Positions 1 through 9,737 of a stretch of 64,000 nt of DNA are shown here, one piece after another; positions within the stretch are counted from its first letter, which is position 1, and the number at the start of each line of letters is the position of its first letter. Below the pieces are notes generated by a model that saw nothing but the letters and a program-made list of their open reading frames with translations, did not search any database and was not told the origin of the DNA. The position numbers and the translations under genes were made by a program. This DNA is from Spirochaetaceae bacterium UBA5200 (GTDB taxonomy: Bacteria > Spirochaetota > Spirochaetia > Treponematales > UBA12059), in NCBI GenBank assembly GCA_002412825.1, contig DHVU01000009.1, positions 35,323 to 99,322 of the forward strand, given 5' to 3'.

Positions 1-401
1 TCTTTGAACGGGTTACCGGTGGCGGGTCGGTCGATCACTTCATCGCCAAGTCCAAACGGGCAGATCTGGCATACGAGTGGAAGAACTACCGGCTTACATG
101 TTCCAGAATGAACAGCCGAAAGAGGGATTATGATGATGTACTGGACCCCTTTGAGGTGGGAAATGGATGGTTCCAGCTGGAGCCCGTGAGTGGCCGGATC
201 TTCCCCGATCCGCAGTTGCCCGAGGATCGGCAAAGAGAGGTCCAAATGACGATAAACCGACTTGGCCTGGATGATACCGGCAATCGCGAAATGAGAGCCC
301 GGCATTACCAGGAATATCGAGAGGGCTTATATACAGCAACTTTCCTGAAAAAGCGTTCTCCCTTTGTGTGGCAGGAAGCAAATCGGCAAGGATTGCTATG
401 A
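1..401 (+). CDS. HNH (His-Me finger) nuclease, C-terminal part; 5' end lies outside the window; TIGR02646/PtuB-like
   Basis: Frame 3 is open from the window edge: FERVTGGGSVDHFIAKSKRADLAYEWKNYRLTCSRMNSRKRDY. This shows the DHF-x-x-KS ... W-x-N-x-x-L-x-C-x-x-x-N-x-x-K pattern. Listed ORF 108..401 is only the internal-Met tail. Stop TGA at 399-401. Confidence 0.55.
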   Translation, partial: FERVTGGGSVDHFIAKSKRADLAYEWKNYRLTCSRMNSRKRDYDDVLDPFEVGNGWFQLEPVSGRIFPDPQLPEDRQREVQMTINRLGLDDTGNREMRARHYQEYREGLYTATFLKKRSPFVWQEANRQGLL

Positions 402-556
402 TGGTGCGATCCTACCCGGGACTGCAGAGTACGCTGCGGCGCAAGTATACTTGCGAGACATCGAGCGGTACAGGGGTCCGGGGGTACGCCGCGAGACTCG
501 CAGCGAAGTAAGGGGGTCCGGGGGATCTGCCCCCGGAGAAGGGGTAGCGCAGAAAC

Positions 557-576
557 GTCCGGCGTAGCCGGACTTT
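557..576 (+). terminator. Candidate hairpin terminator between the convergent HNH and xylA genes
   Basis: GTCCGGC-gta-GCCGGAC (7-bp stem) followed by TTT. Weak T-tract. Other G-rich hairpins lie nearby. Confidence 0.25.
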
Positions 577-626
577 CGTAGCGAGGGGAAGGCTTTCCCC
601 TTCCCCCCGCTCCCCCTTTAACACCC

Positions 627-1967
627 CTAAAGCCCCAGCAGATACTGATTGATCAGGTTTTCCAGCCGCTCCTGCCTGCCGCTCTGTATGCCCACGGCGC
701 CATAGTCCTTGGCCAGGGCGGCCAGGTCCGCAAAACCCAGCTTGCCCTTGGAATAGAGGGCGCCCTTGCCCTTGTCGAAGCTCGCGTAGCGTTCTTTTAC
801 GAAGGCGGCCAGTTTGCCGTCGGCGATTATGCGCGAGGCGGCTTCGAGGCCCACGGCGAAGGCGTCCATGCCGCCTATGTGGGCTTCGAAGAGGTCGGAG
901 GCGGCCACCGAGTTGCGCCGTATGTGCGCGTCGAAGTTGAGGCCGCCCGTGCTAAAGCCGCCTATCTTGAGTATGGTAAGCATGGCCAGGGTAGTTTCGT
1001 AGTAGCTCATGGGGAACTGGTCGGTGTCCCAGCCGTTGCGGGGGTCGCCGCGGTTGGCGTCCACCGAGCCGAAGAGGCCCATAGCGGCGGCGGTTTCCAG
1101 CTCGTGCTGGAAGTCGTGGCCGGCCAGCTCGGCGTGGTTGGCCTCTATGTTCATGCGGAAGTCCTTGTCCAGGCCGTAGTGGCGCAGGAAGCCGGCAACG
1201 GTCTCCACGTCGAAGTCGTACTGGTGCTTACTGGGCTCCATGGGCTTGGGCTCTATGTAGAATACGCCCTTAAAGCCCCTGCTTCGCGCGTAGTCGCGGG
1301 CCATGGAGAGGAAGCGGGCCAGGTGCTCCTTCTCGCGTTTTAAGTCGGTGTTGAGGAGGCTCATATAGCCTTCGCGGCCGCCCCAGAAGGTGTAGCCCTG
1401 CCCGCCGAGCTCTATGGTGGCGTCAATGGCCGCCTTTACCTGGGCGGCCGCCTGCGCCACGACGGAGAAATCGGGGTTGGTGGCCGCGCCGTTCATGAAG
1501 CGGGGATTGGAGAAGAGATTGGCCGTGCCCCAGAGGAGCTTGACGCCGGTGGCCTTTTGCCGCTGCTTGGCCTTGGCCACTATGGCCATGAGGTTCTTCT
1601 CGCTCTCCGCGGGGCTGGCGCCCTCCGGGGCTATATCGCGGTCATGGAAGCAGTAGTAGCCCACGCCAAGCTTAGTAAAGAACTCGAAGGCCGCGTCCAG
1701 CTTCTGCTCGGCGACTTCCATGGGGCCGGCCGCCTGTTTCCACCCCTGGTTCTGGGTGGCAGCGCCGAACTGGTCGGTGCCGTCGCCGCAGAAGCTGTGC
1801 CAGTAGGCCACGGCGAAGCGCAGGTGGTCCTTCATGGCCTTGCCCGCCACCTTTTTGCCCGGGTCGTAGTACTTGAAGGCCAGCGGATTGTCGCTCTTGG
1901 GGCCTTCGTAGGGTATAGCGCCTATGCCGGGAAAGTATTCCTTGTCTCCAATAAATACCTTGCTCAT
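627..1967 (-). CDS. xylA: Xylose isomerase
   Basis: The translation from [36 protein letters not shown] onward reads as class II xylose isomerase, including FCFHDRD-type and WGGREGY motifs. ATG 1967 is preceded by TAAGGAGGA. The 45 upstream codons of the ORF are R/P-rich and look non-coding. Confidence 0.95.
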   Translation of the reverse strand: MSKVFIGDKEYFPGIGAIPYEGPKSDNPLAFKYYDPGKKVAGKAMKDHLRFAVAYWHSFCGDGTDQFGAATQNQGWKQAAGPMEVAEQKLDAAFEFFTKLGVGYYCFHDRDIAPEGASPAESEKNLMAIVAKAKQRQKATGVKLLWGTANLFSNPRFMNGAATNPDFSVVAQAAAQVKAAIDATIELGGQGYTFWGGREGYMSLLNTDLKREKEHLARFLSMARDYARSRGFKGVFYIEPKPMEPSKHQYDFDVETVAGFLRHYGLDKDFRMNIEANHAELAGHDFQHELETAAAMGLFGSVDANRGDPRNGWDTDQFPMSYYETTLAMLTILKIGGFSTGGLNFDAHIRRNSVAASDLFEAHIGGMDAFAVGLEAASRIIADGKLAAFVKERYASFDKGKGALYSKGKLGFADLAALAKDYGAVGIQSGRQERLENLINQYLLGL

Positions 1968-1992
1968 ATCGTCCTCCTTATCATCGTAAACC

Positions 1993-3480
1993 TCAGCTAT
2001 AGAGCGGCCCCAGGGCCGCCAGGTATCTGCCGTAATCGGCGTAGGCCGCTTCATAGGCCTTGACGGAGGCCGCGTCGGGCTCTGCCTGAGCGCGGCCTTC
2101 AAGCGCCACGTGCTCGGCGCAGAGTTCCTGTATGGCGGACGGTCTGCCCGCCGCCTTATTTAGGCACCAGAGGGCCTGTATTGCCGCGCCCATGGCCGCC
2201 GCCTCGTCGCCCGCCGGCGCGCGCACGGGCAGGCCCAGTACATTGGCGGCTATGGAGCGCCAGAGCGGGCTCTTAGCGCCTCCGCCTATGATACGCAGCT
2301 CGCGGGCCTTGAAGCCCAGCTTCCTAAATGCCTCCAGGCCTATGCGCATGCCGAAGATAGCGGCCTCCATGGACGCCCTTGCTATATTTCCCGCCTTGAA
2401 GTTTGCCGCGCTGAGGCCGTTGAGGCTGGCCCTGCCGTTGGGCAGGTTGGGTATGCGCTCGCCGTTAAAGAAGGGCAAGACCACGACGCCTTCCGAGCCT
2501 ATGGGCGCGGCGGCGGCGGCGGCGTTGTACTCATCCAGGCTTAAGCCCAGCAGCCCGCGGAACTGTTCGCTGGCCACGGTGCAGTTCATGGTGCACAAGA
2601 GGGGCAGCCAGCCCCCGGTGGACGAACAGAAGGCGGCAAGGTTCCCGGAAGGATCCACCACGGGGCTGCCTGAATAGCCATAGAGCGTACCCGACGTGCC
2701 TAGGCTCATGGTAAGGAAGCCATCCTCCACGGTGCCCGTGCCTATCGCTCCCATCATATTATCCCCGCCGCCTGAGCCTACGAGCGCTCCCTGCGGTATG
2801 CCGTAACGGGCGGCGGCCGCCGCGCTTACGCGGCCCGCGGGCTCGCCGGGGGCTATAAGGCGGGGGAGGCAGGCATAGAGGCCGGGGTCTATCAAGCCGC
2901 AGATTTCGGCGGACCAGGAGCGCTTGCGTATATCGAAGAGCGCGCTGCCCGAGGCGTCGCCGTACTCGGCAACATAGTCGCCGGAAAGCAGATAGTTTAT
3001 GTAGTCGTGCGGGAGGAGTACGTGCCGTAGCCGGGCATAATCCTCTGGCTCATGTTTTTTAAGCCAGAGTATCTTGGGGGCCGTATAACCGGGCAGCATA
3101 AGCATGCCGGTTTTCTCAAGGAGGGCGGCGGGGCCGCCGGCGGCGCGCGTAAGCTCGTCGCATTCGGCCGCGGTCGACGTATCGCACCAGAGCTTCACCG
3201 GCCGCAGGCTGCGGCCTTCCGCGTCGAGGGCCACGAAGCCGTGTTGCTGCCCCGACACCGCTATGGCCTGTATGCCGGCGCGGGCATCCGCGGGCAAGGC
3301 CGCGAAGCAGCTCGCCAAGGCCGACTCGTACCATGAAGCTTCCTGTTCACGGGTGCCGTCATTGCGCGCTATCATGTCCAGGCTCGCCTGCGAGCGGGCG
3401 ACGACTGCTTTGCCGACATAGTCGTAGAGCAGCGCCTTGCAGCTTTGCGTTCCCAGGTCTATACCGCATACCGTTTTCAT
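1993..3480 (-). CDS. xylB: Xylulokinase (FGGY carbohydrate kinase)
   Basis: [19 protein letters not shown]-terminus and FGGY-family motifs throughout. Sits immediately upstream of xylA on the same strand. G-rich RBS before the ATG at 3480. Confidence 0.9.
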   Translation of the reverse strand: MKTVCGIDLGTQSCKALLYDYVGKAVVARSQASLDMIARNDGTREQEASWYESALASCFAALPADARAGIQAIAVSGQQHGFVALDAEGRSLRPVKLWCDTSTAAECDELTRAAGGPAALLEKTGMLMLPGYTAPKILWLKKHEPEDYARLRHVLLPHDYINYLLSGDYVAEYGDASGSALFDIRKRSWSAEICGLIDPGLYACLPRLIAPGEPAGRVSAAAAARYGIPQGALVGSGGGDNMMGAIGTGTVEDGFLTMSLGTSGTLYGYSGSPVVDPSGNLAAFCSSTGGWLPLLCTMNCTVASEQFRGLLGLSLDEYNAAAAAAPIGSEGVVVLPFFNGERIPNLPNGRASLNGLSAANFKAGNIARASMEAAIFGMRIGLEAFRKLGFKARELRIIGGGAKSPLWRSIAANVLGLPVRAPAGDEAAAMGAAIQALWCLNKAAGRPSAIQELCAEHVALEGRAQAEPDAASVKAYEAAYADYGRYLAALGPLYS

Positions 3481-3571
3481 AGGGCCCCCCATGATCCCAT
3501 CCTAGGACAGCTTTAGTTCCCCAGCCATAGGCATTATTGACGAAGCATATCTATTATTGATATTACAGGCT

Positions 3572-4453
3572 ATGCGCATTAAAGACCTGGTATACGTATA
3601 TCGCCTCCAAGGAGGCGAAAGGCTCGCCTGGCACGGCCGCTACCATACCCACGACCCGGGGGACTGGGAACTGCACTACTTCGTTAAAGGCCAGGGCGCC
3701 TTTCTGCTCAACCGCGCGCGGCACGCCATCGCCGACAATAAACTCTTCCTTACCGGCCCCCGCGAATTCCATTCCATACTGCCTGAGGCGGTGGAAAAGC
3801 CTTTAAGTTACTATGCCATACTCTTTGAACCCGATAACGACGAGCGCGCCGACAGGGATGCGCTTTCGCTCATGGCGCGGAGCGCTGCAACCGGAGTCGG
3901 CGGCATGGCCATAGAGCCCCGGGAACGCGCCTTAGTCGAGGAGCTGTATCACCTCTACCATGCCGGATCCGTGGCGCCTGCCAAGGCAACTGAATATCTA
4001 TTGTTGAGCCTCATATATCGCTGGTACGGCGGCTCAGCCCCGGACAAAAAGCCTGATATCCCCGAATATGAGAACGCTTCCTCAGCCGGCCCCTCACGGA
4101 GGGGCAGATCCGGCTTACTCACCGCCGAGCGCAACGAGCACGTAGAGCGCGCGCTTGCGCTTATGGAAAAGTCCCTGCGCCAAAAATTCGGCTCCGCCGA
4201 TCTGTCGTCCCGGCTTGGCCTGTCCGAAGAGCATTTCATACGGCTATTCCACCGCGAACTAGGGCTCTCGCCCTTCCAGTATTTTACCAGGCTCAAGATT
4301 GAGGCGGCATCGGCGGTCTTAGTAGAATCCCGCAGCGCGGTGAACGCCGTGGCCGAGGAGTTCGGCTTTGAGAACCCCTTCCATTTTTCGCGGGTCTTTA
4401 AGAAGTGCACCGGCCTGTCGCCATCGGAGTACCGGAGGACGTATGCACATTGA
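3572..4453 (+). CDS. AraC/XylS-family transcriptional regulator (cupin-like N-terminus, HTH_18 C-terminus)
   Basis: C-terminus FGSADLSSRLGLSEEHFIRLFHRELGLSPFQYFTRLKIEAA...FENPFHFSRVFKKCTGLSPSEYR is a typical AraC double HTH. Divergent from xylBA. Start is ambiguous (TTG 3557 or ATG 3572). Confidence 0.85.
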   Translation: MRIKDLVYVYRLQGGERLAWHGRYHTHDPGDWELHYFVKGQGAFLLNRARHAIADNKLFLTGPREFHSILPEAVEKPLSYYAILFEPDNDERADRDALSLMARSAATGVGGMAIEPRERALVEELYHLYHAGSVAPAKATEYLLLSLIYRWYGGSAPDKKPDIPEYENASSAGPSRRGRSGLLTAERNEHVERALALMEKSLRQKFGSADLSSRLGLSEEHFIRLFHRELGLSPFQYFTRLKIEAASAVLVESRSAVNAVAEEFGFENPFHFSRVFKKCTGLSPSEYRRTYAH

Positions 4454-4486
4454 GCGCCCCGCGCGGGCTTCCAGCTAGTCTTTACT

Positions 4487-4602
4487 TAGTTCCTCGAAGC
4501 TTGTGTCTGAGCCAGCTGCTACACAAGCGATTGCGGCGCAATGGACAGGCCCACGCTAGCTAATGCGGCGTTTATGGCAAAAACACAAGCTTCGAGGAAC
4601 TA
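4487..4602. repeat. 116-bp palindromic (MITE/REP-like) element, copy 1
   Basis: 20-nt arms TAGTTCCTCGAAGCTTGTGT (4487-4506) and ACACAAGCTTCGAGGAACTA (4583-4602) are perfect complements around a 76-nt core. A second copy lies at 8996-9111. Confidence 0.8.
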
Positions 4603-4610
4603 GCTGTTTT

Positions 4611-5174
4611 TTACCGGTACAGCCCTACGCGATAGATCTTTAGATCGGGCTCAAAATCAAGGTAAGCGGCCACCAGCGCAATGTTCTCCATATACTGCAC
4701 CCGCGGGGCCTTGCGCATGGTGCTCTCCGCCTTGAAAGCGCTCCAGGGAAGGCGTATCGTCTGTATCCCGCCGCCAAGCTCTAGAAGCGCCCCGTAGTAA
4801 CTCCAGGGAAAGACATTATCCTTAGTGCGCAGGAAGGCGTAGTACTTGCCTCCCGGAGGCGCGGAGAGCGTAAGCTCAACGCCCGCGTAGGCAGAGGCAT
4901 CGAAGCGTCCCGCCTCGTTATCCAGGCGAACCTGGATAAAGCCGCCGCCCCTGGTCACCACTTTACCCGCCAGGCGCAGGGCAAGCCCGTCCGGCGTATT
5001 GACTATGCCCGGCTCCACGAGATCCGAGCGGCCGCCCATGACCCGGTCGGCGAAACCCCGCCAAGACCAGCCAGGCGCGCTGGTTAGGCCCGCCTGAAAA
5101 TCCGCAAGCGGCAGGTCTTGTGCATACAAAGGAAGAGCCGCCGCAAGGGCTAAAAATGCGATTAGATAGTTCAT
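4611..5174 (-). CDS. CIA30-domain family protein, secreted
   Basis: MNYLIAFLALAAALPLYAQ signal peptide. WSWRGFADRVMGGRSD matches the CIA30 signature W..D.VMGG.S. Start moved to ATG 5174; the upstream part of ORF 4611..5336 looks non-coding. Confidence 0.7.
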   Translation of the reverse strand: MNYLIAFLALAAALPLYAQDLPLADFQAGLTSAPGWSWRGFADRVMGGRSDLVEPGIVNTPDGLALRLAGKVVTRGGGFIQVRLDNEAGRFDASAYAGVELTLSAPPGGKYYAFLRTKDNVFPWSYYGALLELGGGIQTIRLPWSAFKAESTMRKAPRVQYMENIALVAAYLDFEPDLKIYRVGLYR

Positions 5175-5453
5175 TTGTTGAATATAATAAGGCCTGAGCA
5201 AGAAGTCGCGCCGGCCGCCGCCCCAGCCTGCCCGCGCCTGGGTTCCGGTTTGCCCGCTTGACCAAGCGTCGATTTCCACGCTACAGATATACTGCGGTTC
5301 CGCCCTCTCGGCGTCGAACGAAACATCTTCTTTCACTCGGCAGAAGCCGGAATCCCGGAGCGCGAACTTCCACTACAGCGACAAACTCAACGCGAGCGAC
5401 CTCATGAACGAGAGCGTTCTCGCTGTCTCCGGGATTATTGCAGGGGAGCATCC

Positions 5454-6683
5454 ATGAACAAGCCTAGTAAGGCCGTAGGGATACTGGTGGCCGGAACCGG
5501 CATCAACCTCAGTATCGGGTTTCTGTACGCCTGGAGCGTCTTTAAGAAGGCCATGGTGGCCGACTGGGGCTGGACGCATAGCGAAGGCAACGCCGCGTAT
5601 ACCGTGGCCATAGTCATGTGGGCGGTGGCCCTGCTTGTAGCGGGCGTCATACAGGACCGCATAGGGCCCAGGCGCGTCATACAGCTGGGCGTGTTCCTGG
5701 TAGGCAGCGGCCTCGTCGCATCCAGCTTTTTTACCAGTCCCATAGCCATGATCGTCACCGTGGGCATAATCGTGGCCACCGGCATAGGCTTTACCTACGG
5801 CTGCGTCACGCCCATGGCCATGAAGTGGTTCCACCCGTCTAAAAAGGGCATGGTAAGCGGCATAACCGTGGGCGGCTTCGGCATAGCGGCGGTATATTTC
5901 GCCCCGCTCACCAACGCATTGATAAGCAACTTCGGTATATCCCGCTCTTTCCTGTACATTGGCCTGGGCATACTGGCCATAGCGCAGCCGCTCTCGTTCA
6001 TCGTCAATAACCCGCCCGCAGGCTACGCGGCGAGCAGCCCCGCGCCGGCCACGGGCAAAAAGCTCCGGGCAAAGCTGCCCAGCTTTGACCATACCTGGCG
6101 GCAGATGCTCAGGACGCCCTCATTTTACCTCCTGTGGATTATGTTCGTGCTCTCGTCCTCCGCCGGGGTTATGATGATAGGGCACCTTGCGTCCATAGCC
6201 ACGAAGCAGGCCAATATTCTTAACTCTGCCTACATCGTGTCCCTGCTGGCCATAAGCAACGCCTCGGGCCGCGTAGGCGGCGGCATGCTGTCCGACAGGA
6301 TAGGCAGGCGCAATACCATGCTGCTGGTATTCAGCACCCAGCTCCTCAATATGCTGGCCTTCAACTTCTATACGACCGAGCTTCTCATCATCATGGGCAC
6401 CATAATCGCCGGCTTCTCGTACGGCTCCTTGATGTCTACCTTCCCTTCCATTACCTCCGACAACTGGGGCATGAAGAGTTACGGCGCAAACTACGGCGTG
6501 CTCTACACCGCCTGGGGCGTAAGCGGCGTGGTAGGCCCCCTCATAGCAGGCTGGGCGATAGACGCGACCGGGAGTTACTCGCTGGCCTATACCATATCCG
6601 CTCTGCTCCTAGGCGTGGCTATAGCGCTTGGTATCGTGCTGAAACCGGTGCAGACCGCCCCTAAAGAGGCCCTCGCGGGCTAA
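5454..6683 (+). CDS. MFS transporter, oxalate/formate antiporter (OFA)-like
   Basis: Twelve-TM-type hydrophobic profile. N-terminus GTGINLSIGFLYAWSVF and the GRVGGGMLSDRIGRR loop are typical of OFA-family MFS proteins. Confidence 0.8.
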   Translation: MNKPSKAVGILVAGTGINLSIGFLYAWSVFKKAMVADWGWTHSEGNAAYTVAIVMWAVALLVAGVIQDRIGPRRVIQLGVFLVGSGLVASSFFTSPIAMIVTVGIIVATGIGFTYGCVTPMAMKWFHPSKKGMVSGITVGGFGIAAVYFAPLTNALISNFGISRSFLYIGLGILAIAQPLSFIVNNPPAGYAASSPAPATGKKLRAKLPSFDHTWRQMLRTPSFYLLWIMFVLSSSAGVMMIGHLASIATKQANILNSAYIVSLLAISNASGRVGGGMLSDRIGRRNTMLLVFSTQLLNMLAFNFYTTELLIIMGTIIAGFSYGSLMSTFPSITSDNWGMKSYGANYGVLYTAWGVSGVVGPLIAGWAIDATGSYSLAYTISALLLGVAIALGIVLKPVQTAPKEALAG

Positions 6684-7663
6684 GCTATCGTAAGGCCATC
6701 CAACACCCGGATGGCCTTATATTTTATGAGAGTATCGATGGATTTATTGGACGGCAGCCGTTCCACCGGTATGAAGCCCCCGGCCATGTGATTATGTCCG
6801 CCTCCGAAGCCCAAGCCCTCGACGAGCGAGCGCACGAATGCGTTCGCCGGCATGGCGGCGTTGATGGAACGCACGGATATCTTCACGCCGCTCGGGCGCA
6901 GGGAGTAGGCAATGGCCAGGTCTACGCCCTCCAGAGACAGCACGATATCGCTGGACGCGCCAATAAGCCCGTCATTAGCGTCGTCGAGCTTAAGGAACGC
7001 CATAGGCCCGTATACTTCCACGGTCCGAAAAGCCTCGGCGTAAAGCCGCAGGTCGTCTAGCGTTATCTGGTTGCCCCGTATCTTCTTGATAAGCTCAGGA
7101 TCGGAATAGGCATGCAGGTGGTAGAACATCTCCACGTCCAGGGGCGACACCGCGCGCGTCAGGTTATCCGTATCTACGAATATGCCATAGAGCAGGGCGG
7201 TGGCACAGAGCCGGCTCGGCATTATACCCGACTCAAAATAGTACTGGGCGATTATGGACGAGGATGCGCCTACGTCGGGGCGCACATCTATGAAGCGATA
7301 ACTGGCATCGGCCTTGAGCTCATGGTGATCTATGGATGCCACCTCTATGATATTGAGACAGCGCAGGTTGGTATTGCCCTTCTGTACGTCGACGAGCACC
7401 ACCCAGTCCTCGGCTTCCACGTCCGATACGCAGGAATAGGGCCAGAGCTGTATGTCGAAGAGCTCAAGCATTTTCCTTGAGTCCGCTTTTTCAATTTCCT
7501 GGGCGTATACTATGCGCGATTCTATGCCCTTTTCCTTAAGCAGGAGGCGCAGGCCATGCGCCGCCGCTATGGCGTCAGGATCGGGCACGTCGTGGGTCTG
7601 TATGAACAGTTCGCCGGGGGCGCGGGACAGCAAGGTGAAAAGCTCATCGAAGCGTGCGGCCAT
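6680..7663 (-). CDS. DHH/DHHA1 family phosphoesterase (NrnA-like)
   Basis: THDVPDPDAIAAA, VLVDV, SIDHH and a C-terminal GFGGGHNHMAGG (DHHA1 GGGH) motif. Confidence 0.8.
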   Translation of the reverse strand: MAARFDELFTLLSRAPGELFIQTHDVPDPDAIAAAHGLRLLLKEKGIESRIVYAQEIEKADSRKMLELFDIQLWPYSCVSDVEAEDWVVLVDVQKGNTNLRCLNIIEVASIDHHELKADASYRFIDVRPDVGASSSIIAQYYFESGIMPSRLCATALLYGIFVDTDNLTRAVSPLDVEMFYHLHAYSDPELIKKIRGNQITLDDLRLYAEAFRTVEVYGPMAFLKLDDANDGLIGASSDIVLSLEGVDLAIAYSLRPSGVKISVRSINAAMPANAFVRSLVEGLGFGGGHNHMAGGFIPVERLPSNKSIDTLIKYKAIRVLDGLTIA

Positions 7664-7813
7664 GGTACATCCTTTATCCGGCGGCTAAGGCCACCGCCAC
7701 CTTAAGCAGTATACGCCCCCGGGAGGGGCGAACAAGCTCCGGAGAGCAAAATCCTACGAGCAGGCAGGAGGCCCATACTGACAAAGCAGGCGCTTTGCTA
7801 TATACCCAATGCT

Positions 7814-8998
7814 ATGAATACCAGCAGCGCCAACCCGCGCATCTCCCTGCCGCGCCTTCACCGCGGGCCCTATATATGGTCGCTTTATCTGCTCCTCGGG
7901 CTTTTTTCCTTCATGCTTACCATGATAGGCCCTATGGTGCCCTACCTGCAAGACGAATTCCGGATGGACTATACCCTGGCTGGCCTGCACCAGAGCGCCT
8001 TTGCCCTCGGCATGGTCGGCACGGGTCTCTTCGCAAGCCGCATCATTAAGCGCCTGGGCTTAACCGCAAGCCTTTACGGCGGCATGGCCGGCATGATGCT
8101 GGCGTTGCTCGTCATGGTGTTGGCAAAAAGCCCGGCCTTTACCCTGGGCTCCGTATTCCTCATGAGCCTGGGCGGCACCGTTGCCCTCGTGGCCATTCAG
8201 ACGGGCTTTGCCAACGGCCCCGAAGGATTCCAGTCAAAGATGATACTTGAAGGCAACGTGATGGCCAGCGCCATGACCATGTTCGTTCCCCTGGTGCTCT
8301 TAGCGGGTACGCGCTGGGCGCTCGGCTGGCGCATAGTCTTTCCCTTCATGTTGATCGCCTTCCTCATGATATCCGGCTTCGGCCTGCCCGCCATGCGCAA
8401 ACATCAGGCTACCAGGGACGAGAAGGCTGACGCGGGCGGGGGCAAGCTCAAGAAAGGCTATTGGCGCATGTGGCTGCTCGTGTTCTTCGGCGTATCGGTT
8501 GAATGGGCCATTGCCTTCTGGTGCATGACCTACCTCTTGGGCCTGCCCGGCAATTCCCGCGGCCTTGCCGCCGCCGGCACGGTCGTGCTGGGCCTGTCCG
8601 CGGTGCTAGGGCGCTTTACCGCGAGCCGCATAGGCGACAGGATACGAACGGAGCGCCTCGTGCTCATAACCATGGCCATAACGCTCATAGGCTTTCCCCT
8701 CTATTGGCTGCGGCTCAACGCGCCGCTTACCTTCCTTGGTCTGGCCCTCTGCGGCTTAGGCTCGTCCAATTTCTTCCCGCTGGGCTTTTCCCTGGCCCTG
8801 CGCCACGCTAGGAGCAACGCGGCCAAGGCCAGCTCCTTCATGCCCATTGCCTCAGGTTCGGCCATAGGGCTCGCGCCCTTCCTCTTGGGCCGCCTTGCGG
8901 ACCTTGCCGACCTGCGCTTTGCGCTCTGGTACATACCCATCGGGGTGATCGTCATGCTGGCCATACTCATCGTCGACTCGCGGCATAGCCTTAATTAG
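7814..8998 (+). CDS. MFS transporter
   Basis: Hydrophobic 394-aa multi-TM protein with two-halves MFS topology. Substrate unknown. Confidence 0.75.
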   Translation: MNTSSANPRISLPRLHRGPYIWSLYLLLGLFSFMLTMIGPMVPYLQDEFRMDYTLAGLHQSAFALGMVGTGLFASRIIKRLGLTASLYGGMAGMMLALLVMVLAKSPAFTLGSVFLMSLGGTVALVAIQTGFANGPEGFQSKMILEGNVMASAMTMFVPLVLLAGTRWALGWRIVFPFMLIAFLMISGFGLPAMRKHQATRDEKADAGGGKLKKGYWRMWLLVFFGVSVEWAIAFWCMTYLLGLPGNSRGLAAAGTVVLGLSAVLGRFTASRIGDRIRTERLVLITMAITLIGFPLYWLRLNAPLTFLGLALCGLGSSNFFPLGFSLALRHARSNAAKASSFMPIASGSAIGLAPFLLGRLADLADLRFALWYIPIGVIVMLAILIVDSRHSLN

Positions 8999-9111
8999 TT
9001 CCCCGAAGCTTGTGTCTCGGTGCGAAGTACCGCATTATCTAGCGTAGCTTAGATCGCCTAAACGCTAGGACAAGCGTCTCCACGCTTAAAAACACAAGCT
9101 TCGGGGAACTA
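8996..9111. repeat. 116-bp palindromic (MITE/REP-like) element, copy 2
   Basis: Arms TAGTTCCCCGAAGCTTGTGT (8996-9015) and ACACAAGCTTCGGGGAACTA (9092-9111) around a 76-nt core. The first TAG is the stop codon of the MFS gene. Confidence 0.8.
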
Positions 9112-9131
9112 CAATTGCCTTAACGAGGGCT

Positions 9132-9157
9132 AAAAAACGCCCCCTCGCGAGGGGGCG
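9132..9157 (-). terminator. Rho-independent terminator of the TolC-MacAB-LTXXQ operon
   Basis: CGCCCCCTCG/CGAGGGGGCG, a perfect 10-bp stem at 9138-9157, followed on the minus strand by TTTTTT (9132-9137). Confidence 0.7.
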
Positions 9158-9166
9158 CTCGTGCCC

Positions 9167-9703
9167 TTATTTACCGAGCTTCTTGGACAGATAGTCGAAG
9201 AAGGCGAAGAAATCCTGGCCCATGGTCTTGCTCTTGTCTATGAGGGGGTTAAAGTCGCCGCCGGCAATGTAGGTGGCTAGAGAACCCGCGCCTGAGCTGG
9301 CTCCTGCGTTGCTGCCGGCGCCGCTGCCCTGAACGTTCGCGCGCTCGCTTTCTTTGGCGGCGGCGAGCTTGTCTATAGCCATGAGCTGAGCGGGCGTAAG
9401 GATGCGATCCTCTACCTGAGCTAAAAGAAGCTTTGCGCGCGAAGGCTCGATGCGCTTGGCGTTCTTAAGCTCGAGGGCTATGTCATAGAGCTTCTTCAGT
9501 TGGTCGGCCGATAGGGCGGGCACTTTGCTATCCTTCTCTATAAGGTTGAGGTAGCCGAATACCCTGCCTAGATCGAAGACAATCGCCGTATCCTCCCGGG
9601 CTTTCTGCGTTGCCGGGTCGGGCGTAGTTTGTGCGAAGCCGCTCAAGGGCGCGAGGGCTATCAGAGCCGCGAATACTGCTAGTCCAATCATCATGCGTTT
9701 CAT
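9167..9703 (-). CDS. Periplasmic LTXXQ-motif protein (Spy/CpxP/ZraP-like), last gene of the efflux operon
   Basis: Signal peptide MKRMMIGLAVFAALIALAPLSGFAQ. Two LTXXQ-like motifs (ALSADQLKKL and RILTPAQLMAI). Gly/Ser linker. AAGGAG RBS. Confidence 0.55.
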   Translation of the reverse strand: MKRMMIGLAVFAALIALAPLSGFAQTTPDPATQKAREDTAIVFDLGRVFGYLNLIEKDSKVPALSADQLKKLYDIALELKNAKRIEPSRAKLLLAQVEDRILTPAQLMAIDKLAAAKESERANVQGSGAGSNAGASSGAGSLATYIAGGDFNPLIDKSKTMGQDFFAFFDYLSKKLGK

Positions 9704-9737
9704 ACGATACTCCTTAAAAACTGTGCCTGCGGCGCGT

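Noticed and set aside
364-624. ORFs 364..567(+) and 412..624(-) in the HNH-xylA gap
   Set aside because: They mutually overlap, are G/R/P-rich and low-complexity, and have no RBS. They coincide with the G-rich hairpins and repeats, so they are treated as non-coding.
879-1343. Long antisense or alternative-frame ORFs inside confident genes (e.g. 879..1343, 1557..2063, 5373..6092, 10206..10697, 12244..12822, 33375..33791, 50337..50852, 52789..53205, 55578..56018)
   Set aside because: They show the typical high-GC shadow ORF composition (A/G/R/P/V-rich). They lack recognisable motifs and RBSs, and each is fully contained in a gene with strong family signatures on the other strand or frame.
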